Origin: Negaprion brevirostris
Taxonomy: Eukaryota
Direction: 5' to 3'
DNA length: 64,000 nt
Assembly (NCBI GenBank): GCA_030324005.1
Contig: JARDVH010000031.1
Location: 50,022,423-50,086,422 of the forward strand
The notes below the pieces were generated by a model, which made no database searches, was not told the origin of the DNA, and was given only the letters and a program-made list of their open reading frames with translations. The translations under genes were made by a program, and so were the position numbers. This document shows, piece after piece, positions 1 through 11,400 of the stretch (its first letter is position 1; every line of letters starts with the position of its first letter).

Positions 1-477
1 CTCGTGCTATTTTATTATTTCAACCTCCCCATTGAAGAAGTTCAGAATACAATGAATTAACTGGGACTTCCCTCAAGGATAGAGGATTCCACAGAGAGAA
101 AAATAAAACTGGAGCCAAACTCTCGGGTCAAAGAGACCAGAGGTAACTATCACAATCTGGTATTCATAAGCAGAACAGAGAGTCGTTCACTGGCAAGCAA
201 CAAAGCACCTGGCTTGCTAGTGGTGGATCACTGCCAATTAAGATGCTTAGCCAAATAAAAGAAGGTTAATGATCTCAATAGATTGGTTACTGGTAGGAAG
301 TGTGGAGCTGAGCTCAGAGGGTAAAGTCCTATGCAACATGATGGTATTTAGTAAACTAAAATGCCAATGGATTAGTCATAAATGTAAAATAATTATAGTT
401 TCCAAAGGTAGGAACAGGCATGGGCCATTTATGCCATTGAACCTGTTCTGTCTTACAGCTGATTTATGTCTTAATCG

Positions 478-985
478 CATGGTAGTGCTCTTGCCTTTAA
501 GTCTCTGGGTTAAAGTCCCACTCTAAGACTTGAGTACGCAAATCAAAGCTGATAATCCAGTGTATGACTGAGACATTTAATTGAGGCCTCTTCTGCCTAC
601 TCGGGTGGAATGTAAAAGATCCCATGTCAGATGTGAAGAAGGGCAGGGAAGTTATACCAGATGACCTGGCCAATACTTATCACTCAATTCCACATCATGA
701 AAAATCTGGTCGCAATTATCATTCTGCTTGTGGGAGCTTGCTGTGCACATACTGACCTGCCACATTTTCTACATTGCAACAATGGCTACACTTCAAAAAA
801 CACTTCTTTAGATGTAAAACACTTTGCGATGTCCAGTGAATGTGAAAAACACTATGGACAGAATTTTCCCATCCTGCCTGCCACGGGAATTGAAGCAGAC
901 GAGGGCAAAGTCCATTGACCACGAGCATTTCCGGCCTTGGGGACGAACATTGCCGGAAAATCCTGCTTCATATCCATGCAAGTAT
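478..985 (+). mobile_element. Deu-domain SINE (SacSINE1/AmnSINE1-like), interrupted near its tail by a MITE
   Basis: tRNA-like head (ggtagtgctcttgcc..gggttaaagtcccact), Deu-like core (gtaaaagatcccatg..gaagaagggcaggg..cctggccaata..tgcttgtgggagcttgctgtgc) and L2-type tail (gtaaaacactttgcgatgtcc..gtgaaaaacactat / atgcaagt); recognised from memory of the consensus. Confidence 0.75.
856..968. mobile_element. Harbinger-type MITE
   Basis: Imperfect TIRs ggacagaattttcc / ggaaaatcctgctt; ~113 bp; inserted in the SINE tail. Confidence 0.65.
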
Positions 986-2746
986 TTCTTCATTTATTGA
1001 CCTACCTTCATTTCATAGTCCCTAATTTAACAACAAGCAATTTGATTCCCACTCTAAATTACCTGTGCAAAGTGAGCTGGAATAGCTTTTCTATAGTAAA
1101 GGTGCTATATAAATGCAGATTGTTAACAATCATTTAAAATGTGAATTTTTTTGAATTACTCGCAATTATGAAAACACAAAGGCATTAATGGGACAAATAA
1201 ACCAAATAAATATTACAGAAAAATGCTGGTGAATCATCAGCAATCGTAAACAATTGCACAAATATATGCTGGACATTTTTGAAAATATTTGTCATGAATA
1301 CAATAAATTATTTTAGCCTCTTTCTTTCAGAATCAAATCATATTGCCCAAAGCAATTGATTGTAACTGTTCCATCTCAGTATGTGCAGCGATGATGGATA
1401 TCAGTATCCTAGTATCACGTGGACTTTTTAAGGTCAAGGTTCACAATCAGAAGAGAAATCCAGTGCTTATCCACTGCTGGAATCTTGTTTTCAGATTGAG
1501 CCAGATCAGAGGACTAGGGCTGTTAGCTGTGATTAAATGTATTCCTACAGGTTCCATCAGGTGATTTGGCCCCATGCTCTGGCCAATAGACGGCCAATGC
1601 ATCCATCCTTCTGATGCACTGCCTTCCTATGCCTGTTGGAAAGCAAACAGACTCAATATGTATTCGATGATGCTTGACTGTTAGTCAAACAGCCTTCCCT
1701 GCAACCTGCACCGTCCCCCCACCAACCCCTCTGCCTAGCCACCCACAAAACCCATTTTCAATATTTGTACATCTGGTAAAGTAAAATGATCAAAGAAAAT
1801 GAAATGGACATTCTAATGTCCCTATGGTTTTTGCCCAGGGTTGCACACAGTCCTGGAGGCGATCTTCAATTTCTGGAGATCCTATACGGGGTCAGCTGCA
1901 TCAACAGAAGTGAGCAGCCTCTTTTACAATGATTGAGCTCCAAACAAGTTCTGCACAATCACAACCACCAAACTAACTGATCAAGCTACAGAACTTCCAT
2001 AAGTTTCTGAAAGGGTGTTATTCCCAGAACCAGCAAGGCCATGGGCACATGTTAACTGATGCATTGAAGTTCATCTCATTATACTGGCACTTACAACGTG
2101 GTACACAACTAAATTCTGTTTCTAACACTTCATATGACAGATAATGGTAACTATGTATCATTGTTAATTAAAGTACTTATTTTTCAAAATGTATTCCAAA
2201 CCTACATTTTGTTGTGTATTGCACTGAGAAAAGATAGTATATGGACTCACAACAAACAACTTTACTTACACTTCCCAAACAGAGAGGGCAATATAACAAA
2301 ATGTTTAGATCNNNNNNNNNNTTGCAGCATACCCCACTCCCTCCCCATTTTAAGACTATATACATTAAAATGTAAAATGGTACATGTGCATAGGTTCCCA
2401 GAATACAATATGACTAAACCAATATCAATAATACTTAAAAATTTAACAAGTTATTGTCATCACAACTAAAGGCCAGAACAAACAGAGTAATTTACATGTA
2501 ACAATATTTTTGTTTAACAACATTGATACTTTAATAACCCTATGGTATCTCTTTGGATCTGGTCCCAGGATACCCTGGGTAATGGGCCTTTAGGAGTAGC
2601 TGATTTATTAAAAGTAGACATAGCTATCCATTAAAAAATGTGTACATGATGGGTCTGAGGAGTGGGGGCTGGTGGAATGCTTTACGTTTTAATCTTTAAA
2701 CTTTGGGCATAATGCTGGAGCCCTAAAATAGATCTTCTTTCCTCTG

Positions 2747-2920
2747 CCAGGGCCCTCATCAATTCTCCTGGGGTTGCTCATCCTGGCTTTTAATCCAGGC
2801 CGCCCCCTCCTCTCCTCATCACAGGCTTCAGGGCATAGCAGTCTGCAAGCTGACTCCACGCCTGCTGTGGATGTTGAGGCTGCACAAAAGGGTAGTTTAG
2901 GAAAGTTAAACGCAGAATAA
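2747..2920 (+). pseudogene. C-terminal remnant of Harbinger Myb/SANT-like accessory gene
   Basis: Translates PGPSS..GRPLLSSSQASGHSSLQADSTPAVDVEAAQKGSLGKLNAE*, similar in composition and position to the Myb-gene tail at 21310-21416; converges on the transposase. Confidence 0.45.
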
Positions 2921-3195
2921 ATTGCACCTTTTGTAAAAGGGTATGTGAATGTAATGGTCAGATGAAAGCATTCTGGTTTGGATCTTCGCAATCCTCTTAT
3001 TCTGAGGTTCAGCACTCCTCACAAACTGTGTCTCCTTTTAAGATTAGCATTCAAGTGATGCCAACCTCAGTGCCACTTGATACTGTATCCTTGTGTGTTG
3101 TCTGGGAGAAGAAAAATTCTTTATTTGGAGTTTATGATGGGTGACTTCTCAATCCTTAGTCTGCAAGGGACGCAATGGCTGTGGAGGGTTCATCA

Positions 3196-3290
3196 GACAT
3201 AGAAACATAGACACTGGGAGCAGGAGTAGCCCATTCAGCCCTTCAAGCCTGCTCTGCTATTCATTTTGATCATGGCTGATCATCAAGCTT
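3196..3290 (-). mobile_element. CR1/HER1-type LINE 3' end
   Basis: catagaaacatag..ggagcaggagtagcc..cccttcaagcctgctc..gatcatggctgatcatcaag; near-identical to the start of 24293-25232. Confidence 0.8.
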
Positions 3291-3479
3291 TGCTGGACAG
3301 AGTGAGACACTGATGACCCCAGCTAAGATCGGACCCTAGCAAGCCGTGAGCATTTAAGACCCAAGTGTAAATGCAGGACCCATCCTCTCAGCGATGGTTT
3401 AGCTATTCCTACAGTTATCACAGAATGGCTTGGAGCGCAAGAGGAGATGTCTCCTAATGATCAGGCTTAGTTTTACTCC

Positions 3480-4310
3480 TCTTAAAACCTGTTCATCTTT
3501 GACCCACCACATGATCATGGTGTTCATGTTGTCCCTCAGCATATCCCTGGATTCGCTGCATCTCCTCATCTTCATCTTCTGAGGAGACCTCTTCCTCCTC
3601 CAGTTCACCCTCTGGCAGGGCCTCAGCATAGTCAGATTGTGAAGGGTACAGCAAACTGCAGTCATGCAGCAAATTCTGTCTGATGTGAATTGCAGAGAAC
3701 CACCTGAGCGTTCCAACCATCTGAATCATCTATTCAGCAGTTCAATGATCTGCCCTATGCGGGAACGTGTAGTGGTATGAGTAGTGTTGTACTTTTTCTC
3801 GGCTGGAATCATGAGCCAGTGTCTAAGTGGGTAGCCCTGATCCCCAGTAGACTTTCTGACCCCTTGAAGATCCCAGTAATCTGGGAGCAACTAAGGATGC
3901 TATAGCAACTCCCAGGAAACCATGCTCACACGTGCAGTATTCCCTTTCGATAATTGCACATCAACTGCACATGGACGGAATGGAAGCCCTTGTGGTTGAG
4001 GGACATTAAGGACTGCTGCCGGGGAGCCTGTATAGCCACATGTGNNNNNNNNNNNNNNNNNNNNNNNNNNNNNNNNNNNNNNNNNNNNNNNNNNNNNNNN
4101 NNNNNNATTTTCATCCACAGCAAAGTTCCCAAAATGATGAGCCCTCTTGTCAAGAGTATTGGTCACCTCCTGAATGTACCGATATGTTGCTGATGGTGAA
4201 ATGCTGCACAGGTCCTCAGTTACTCCCTGCAAAGACCCAGAGATAAAGAAATTAAGTTCTACCACCAGCTTCAGGGCCACTGGCAGGGTCAAGCCTCCAA
4301 ATCCACATGG
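3480..4310 (-). pseudogene. HARBI1-like DDE transposase pseudogene (stops, frameshifts, gap)
   Basis: Motifs in order: LPVALKLVVELNFFISGSLQG; HVAIQAP..NHKGFHSVHVQLMC; GDQGYPLRHWLMIP..AEKKYN; FRWLERSGGSLQF..CCTLHNL; acidic tail. Confidence 0.92.
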
Positions 4311-7300
4311 TAGAAAGGAGACTCATAGACAATAGACCCTTGGTGTTACCTGTTGTCTCTGGAGTCTGTGTCTCTGCTTCTCATCCTCCTCATGGTGCTC
4401 AGACTCCCCCAGTACCTCCGGCTGGAGCTGAGCGCGCAGTCACCTTTCCTTCCTACTTCAAATGAGGATTCATAGAAAAGCTCCTTGAACCACTCCATCC
4501 ATTCTCACTTTTGCCTTCTCTCTGAAAAGAGATATTGAAGATCTGAATGGTTAAACGGTGCCGAGTACAAAGGTGGGAACGAGAGATCAAAGGGAGAAGT
4601 GGGGTGCTAAACTTTGGCACCTTAGATCACATTATTCCTCATTCTCCCTTACCCCTGGGACTCCAGCACACACTCAGAAGTGAGCAACATTCCATTCCAC
4701 AGGTCCTGTGAGGGCAAGAACTTGTGCATTATCTCACTGAGCCAACATGACTGCCCTCCACTCATTGGTTTGGCATAATTTTGAACATTCATTTGATCCT
4801 GGGAATGAATGGAATCTGTTTTGGCCACTGACGAATAGCATTAATTGTCAACCCATGACACCCCTTCACTGATAGGATGGTAGAATCAATGCAGCTGTTT
4901 CCCCTTCACTATAGCCTTCTCTCCCTAGGACTGCATTCCTGTCTTCTGTAATGTAGCTTTTCCAAACTTGATGTGAGCCTATTGAGTTGTACAGATCCCT
5001 TTCAAAGTTTAATTTTAGAAATCTGTCTTGCTCTTGTTTCCTGGACAATGGGCTGAGCCCTGTGTAACTGGCTTGTCCAGTGTAGCAGCAACAAGTGAGT
5101 ATGCATTGCAAGAAGGACTATTGGAGACCAGTTTTGTGGTCCTCCCACATTTCATCATGCCCCTTTCAGACAGAACCAATCTTACTTTCAATTTTGGAAG
5201 ACCACGCTTAACTTGTATGTCGAGATGGTGATGGTGTATCTTTATTACAGGACAGAGTTCAACCCTCCCTCCCTCATTAACCACGTCTCTGATTAACCTG
5301 CAGCCTCACAATATGAAAATAGAGCTGCCATCTAATATTCTACAGCCTCAGCCACTAATACTGGATCCTGTCATTGTGGTGGTGGACATTAACACACTCT
5401 CTACCAAGTCCATCACCTTCAAGGTGCCCATGCCTCATGCTGGCATATACCCACTCCATTTGGAGTCTTTGTGTGGAACCGGGGAAAGGAGACCCCTGTA
5501 GTCCCCAACCCCAGGTACCGTAGTGATCCAAGTTGATGTAAGAGGGGGTCCAAGGTCCAGCAGCAAGATGCCATCCATTAAAACCAGTTCAGCATGGAAA
5601 TAGAGGGCAGGAGCCAGTCTGCTCCTGCAGGCAGCAGTACAGCACATCAGGAGCAGAGCAGCACTATGGCAGGTAGGCTTTGCACGTTACATCATCTCAA
5701 AGTCTCTGGCAAACTGAGAACCATCTCATGCACGCCAGCCTTTATCAATCAGGTTTGATACTGACATGATTTCCTGCTGGTGTGACGCAAGATTGGAAGT
5801 TATGATGGGATAGCAGCGGGCAGCTGTTTTAATAAACATTCATGAGATGCAAAAGAATGCAATTTGCATTTACGCCACCTGCCAGTGGAATAAGCGACCT
5901 GCCTTTAACCCACCGCTGGGAGAATTGCAATGAGATTTTGCACCAGCAGATTTCCAACTTTTTGGCTTCAGCCAGATTCACCAAACCCAGCTGACAACAA
6001 ACCTGCCCCGAGTTGGGGGAATTCCACCCAATCTGCACATAAAGCAATCTTTCAAATTAGTCAAACTTGCTCAAAATCAATCCGAAGCAACTCAAAGATG
6101 TGTCAAAATGTTCTTAAGTCCTGAATTTTGCAAATGAAGTTTAAAAGAAATTTCTATCTCAACCCCATCTTTCTATCGTGCATTGCGCAGAGAAAACATT
6201 AACAACTGGACTCACAGCTGGCAGCCATTATTGAACTATCTTTATTTACACCNNNNNNNNNNNNNNNNNNNNNNNNNNNNNNNNNNNNNNNNNNNNNNNN
6301 NNNNNNNNNNNNNNNNNNNNNNNNNNNNNNNNNNNNNNNNNNNNNNNNNNNNNNNNNNNNNNNNNNNNNNNNNNNNNNNNNNNNNNNNNNNNNNNNNNNN
6401 NNNNNNNNNNNNNNNNNNNNNNNNNNNNNNNNNNNNNNNNNNNNNNNNNNNNNNNNNNNNNNNNNNNNNNNNNNNNNNNNNNNNNNNNNNNNNNNNNNNN
6501 NNNNNNNNNNNNNNNNNNNNNNNNNNNNNNNNNNNNNNNNNNNNNNNNNNNNNNNNNNNNNNNNNNNNNNNNNNNNNNNNNNNNNNNNNNNNNNNNNNNN
6601 NNNNNNNNNNNNNNNNNNNNNNNNNNNNNNNNNNNNNNNNNNNNNNNNNNNNNNNNNNNNNNNNNNNNNNNNNNNNNNNNNNNNNNNNNNNNNNNNNNNN
6701 NNNNNNNNNNNNNNNNNNNNNNNNNNNNNNNNAACTGCTCACATATTCCTCAGCCATTCTGCAGTAATCAGGTCAGTATTTTGCCTTGCCAGCCTTTATA
6801 CTGTTTTATTCGGCTGTGTCTTAGGACCAGGTGGAATCTAGTTTTAATTGCTCCAGGGATTTAGTCTGCTTTACCAAGGGAAAGATGCACGTGGAGCATA
6901 CTTCACATTGTCAACTCCCCCTATCCAATTAAGATATTCAAAAAGCGAAAATTGTACGTCAAAGCAATGCAGAAACTGTTGCAGAAAACCAGAAAAAGAA
7001 AATCGTGCACATAGCAAAAGCAATTTTTTCTGCACAAAACCCAGGGACAATCTATTTAAAGAGAGCAGATCAGTCGAAGAAAAAAATCAGGTCCATTATT
7101 TTAATATAAATGAATTTATTATTAGAGATAGATTTTGAAACTCATTTACTGTTGGAAGTTATCAAAATATATTATTATTGCAACGAGATTAGTCACTGTT
7201 CAATTTTGTTTATTTAACATATGGAAAATTTTACAACAAGATAGAAAAACAAATACTTACACAGTAAATGTTTAGTAAAGTCCATGAGAACATTGCATTA

Positions 7301-10300
7301 CTTATATGCAAAAAAATGCACAAACTGAAAAATCTGCATGTTTCTCACTCAAATAATTTCCTGCACTAGAAATTTATTATGAGATCTTTTTCATTGAGAT
7401 CATTGTGATGCAGGAAACCTGATAATAATATGAAGATTAGGGCTTATTTTCTGTTACAAAAAAAAATTACTTTTTAGTCCTCTAGCAATAAATGCTGGGT
7501 CAATGGCTTCAGATTCGTCAGGCAGGAGGAACAGACTGCGGCAGAGAATCGAGTTTACTCCAGCCACCACACAGCAACCACCTTCCAGTTAGGTTTGCGG
7601 GCAACCATCTTCAAATGCTTGAGCTGTTCTGCTTGGCCATGACAAGATTTGCAATTCTCTCCGTTTATTTACACACCATCACCCCAACTAGACATCACAT
7701 CAGAGTGGCATGGTCACTGGTGACCTCAGGGTAGTCACTGCCTCTGTCGATCCAATCTCTCTTGCTCCACAACTAAACTGCAGTCATGCTATGCATGATG
7801 TAAGCGCACTGTCCACGCTACAATAAAATTAGCAGGTGCATGTCAGGCCCCATTTTATAATTTCACAATGATAGACACTCAACAAGAAAAAAACTTCTGT
7901 CCCTTTTTTTAATGTTTTGAAAAATGGTTTAAAAAAAAATAATCTGTGACCCAGTGCAAGTAACATTTTATTCAATAAATGCGCAACACAAACTAAAGCA
8001 ATCCAAAGATCAAGCAGCTTTGGAAGTTCAAGAACCTTATTTAATTCTGCAGAAGAACTAAGGAATTTGAAAACCTGGTGAAATAAATTGTTCTCTCCTA
8101 GTTTCCCTTTTATGCACCAAAATCTACATGCAGTCATTAATTATAAAGGGACCATTATCCCACTGTATTTTCATAGAATACAATCAGCTGTTACATATCA
8201 AAGAAGTCCATAATTAAAATGGAAGGGCCACAATGACAATTAAAATTAGAAGCTATAAGAGGAAGGAAAGTGCAGTTGTGTAATTATTCACCCTGATGCA
8301 TCAATGTCAGCAGTCCAGGACATTCCAGTCACGTCTGTCGCAGATCAACCTAAAATCTTAGTCACCAATGTTCCCCACCCCCCACTCTGCCAGCATTATC
8401 AGCACCTAACCAAAAGCCTATGCAAGTATGATTTAATACCAAACCACAGTTTGCAAGTAATAGCGTACAAAGTGATATTTAAGTGGAGTTTTAAGCACAC
8501 TTCTGATGGCTGTGGATGCCTTTTACTGTTAAATGCTTCTCCCTTTGAGTAGTGATTATGAGTCCTAGGTGAAGAGGTCTTATGTGCGTGTCTGTCTGTA
8601 AGCCTCACTTCCAGCTGCCAATCTTTACTTCATTGTAAAGAACAGCTGCATTGCACCTTGTACTAATTCTTGTCTGCTGTCATCCCCCAAGCCTGATAAC
8701 TGCAAAATCATTTTCACCTAACACTTTCTGCTTCTGCCTCTTAAACCCTAAGACCTAGACACTGTGCGATGCACTCGCATCCTTGGCAGCAAACTCCCCG
8801 CTAGCTACCGCCCCCCCGAGCCATTATAGGCTCTACTGTATTATTTTTAACCCATATCTCAATAAATAGCGACTGTCAAGTGCTGCATTTTGTACCAATA
8901 CACATTTAATGCCATTCATAAAAATTATGAGAAACCAATTACTATTGTCGCAGAATTTGCCAGTTTTTCTGTAACTACCTTCCTTAAAATAGAAACCTGC
9001 AAGGAATCTTGGTTTCTGAGGCCTTCTGCAATAAAAAAAGGGGCCTCGGTCATTTTTCCAGTTTGCATTACACAAACACACTCATGCATGATGTTTTCAA
9101 ATTCTTATTATATATCTGGTCAGAGGTCGAATGTCAGAATCCACTGTTAATTTCACAGGGTTAGGGAGAAGTAAATTCAAAGGGAATACAGATCACTTAG
9201 CACAGTAAAGCAGCTCTCCTGAAGTTTGGTTTTACATTTGTTAACCATATCCTTGAGCTCATGAACCATTGAGACCAGTGTGACATCATGATCCCTGGTA
9301 TAATAGTTTGACATGCCGCAGTGGAACTGTGATTCAGTCTACCTACTCTATGTGCCAGCGCTGACTGCCTCTAAGCCACTGAAGCACTTAAAATCCACAA
9401 ACCTGAAATGAACAAAGCACAGTGGCATTTTGTTTTTTTTAAATATCCGAGGTACATGGCAAGCAGTTGATATTTCTCTTGTTGAGTTTGATTTTGAAGG
9501 GAGAAGCAAAAAAAAACTGGCGTTTAATTCGATTTGGGGTGGTGAGCAACAGAAATATTCCAGGCATTTGAATGCTCTCCACTTAACAAAAATAAATCAA
9601 TAAATTCAGAAAGAAAGGTTGCAGTTAATCTAATCCAGTCTTACAACATCTTGCAAATATTCATTTCCACTCATACAAATAGGGTAAATGATAAAGCTAC
9701 AATGTAATGCCAGTAAATTTAAGCATTGTGTGATTATTTCCCAACTTCTCAGTAGTCCTTGTATAATTACTGTTTTACATGAAGAAGGTTTAATGGACTG
9801 TTAAAAATAATGATCCCTACAGAGGAGTTTACCTTTCACTTAATTAATGGTCCCAATCATAGGTACTTGTAAGATTTTAATAATACTTATTAGGGAATTT
9901 ATAAAATGTACAACTTAGTTCTAAAATGTGGTGTCTGTGTAGTATTTAGAAAGCAGGATTTGATCATTGTCTTGAAAATCACAGGGTTTTTATCTGAATT
10001 TGTATTTTACATTTACAAATTATGAATGATCTATTCTACCCCAGTTTCACCGATCCCACAAATACTTTGAAATGCTATTTTACCATTTTTACTGGTTTGC
10101 TTATGTGGTTTCATCAAGCCCTGTGGTCATATACGAAAGACTTTGCTGTGTAGCCATTTAGACCCAATCAGTTGCGAACTAAATGTAGCATTACCATCTA
10201 CCATTGAAATTGCTTTCGGCTTTTAAACTGCACAGACTAGTCTGTAGTTAATCTTAGATAATTTGCTCACAAAGGTAAATGAGCCAGAACGACTGTCTTT

Positions 10301-10860
10301 TTGTACCATAATACTTTACAAAACACTTTTTTGCCCTGCCCAAAAGCAAGAATAAATGCATATAATTTAAATGCATCCTGTAGACCTGAGTTGTAAGCTT
10401 TCTCTGCCTAATTTGATTAAATGAAAAGGGAAAATAGAGGGCAAGCTATCTCTATGTGCATTACATCACAGCTCGCCATTTCCTAATTGGTGCTATAAAT
10501 TTACATATGGATGCTACTTTGATGTTGAACCAACCTAATCCACCTACTTCTGATGTCTGCTGTTTAAATTCTTGTCTCAGTCACATGACTTGCCCTATTA
10601 ATGCAAATATGACAAATGTTGTTTGGGATCTCTGATAAAGAATGCAATGTAATTAGTCTTTAACTGGCTGGGCTGGTAAGCATTTTAGTCATGGATTATG
10701 CAGTAAAATAAATTTACCTATACCAGCACTGAACTCAATATATGCTTTGTAGTCCCTGGATTGAGTGAAGTCAGATACTTGCTGTGCCAAAACACACAAA
10801 CAAGCCGCACATTGTGTACCTTGGTCTTTCTGCTTTAGTATCCCAAAACACAAAAGATTC

Positions 10861-10965
10861 TGGCCGCAGTATCACCACCATTCATGCTGGCAGGATTTTC
10901 CCATTTTGCAGCAGTGAACAGAGATTTGGCTGGCTGCCAAATTCTCCGAACGCGCTGCAGCAGGA
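10861..10965. mobile_element. MITE, truncated by a gap; same family as 56202-56337
   Basis: gcagtgaacagagatttggctggctgccaaattctcc matches the reverse complement of ~56250-56300. Confidence 0.7.
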
Positions 10966-11006
10966 NNNNNNNNNNNNNNNNNNNNNNNNNNNNNNNNNNN
11001 NNNNNN

Positions 11007-11075
11007 GGACTAAAACCTGGTGTTGTCAGACTTTTTACTGTGTTTACCCCAGTCCAACGCCGGCATACCCACATC
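11007..11075 (+). mobile_element. Penelope-like element terminal repeat fragment
   Basis: ggactaaaacctggtgttgtcagactttttactgtgtttaccccagtccaacgccggcataccc; same family as 14978-15090 and 43223-43408. Confidence 0.65.
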
Positions 11076-11107
11076 ATGACTTGCTGTTCCACATGATTAC
11101 ACCCGGA

Positions 11108-11400
11108 GGGTGATGGTATAGTGGCAATGGCACTGGACTAATAATGCCCAAGCTATTGCTCTGGGGACATAGGTTCAAATCCCACTATGGCAACAGTTGA
11201 AGTTTAATTTCAATCAATAAATCTGGAACTAAGAGTAAAATAAAATTATTGTTCATTGTTGTTAAAATGCTACATGTTTCAGTGATATCCTTTAGGGAAG
11301 GAAATCTTCATTCCTTACCCAGTCTGGCCTATATGTGACATTATGTAGCAATTAGTTGACTCTTAACAATGTTGTTGACTCTTAGCTGTCTTCTAAAATT
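11108..11400 (+). mobile_element. tRNA-derived SINE (family also at 21850, 35538, 37855)
   Basis: A-box-like tggtatagtgg, B-box ggttcaaatccc, body tcctttagggaaggaaatc..ccttacccagtctggcctatatgtgac. Confidence 0.8.

Larger units (their letters stand above)
2745..6029. mobile_element. Decayed PIF/Harbinger transposon 1 (left part missing)
   Basis: Convergent Myb-gene 3' end (+) and HARBI1-like transposase (-); right terminus ggggaattccaccc (revcomp GGGTGGAATTCCCC) matches the TIR motif of MITEs elsewhere in the window. Confidence 0.7.

Noticed and set aside
1-340. Possible LTR end (minus-strand TGTTGCA at ~338)
   Set aside because: Truncated by the window edge; no second terminus or TSD to test.
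3480-4310. Functional host HARBI1 gene
   Set aside because: In-frame stops, frameshifts and transposon context (TIR, convergent Myb remnant); no gene symbol assigned.
6183-6767. Long ORFs rich in X (also 15304-16273, 31679-32148, 40329-40748, 47197-47689)
   Set aside because: They read through N-gaps.
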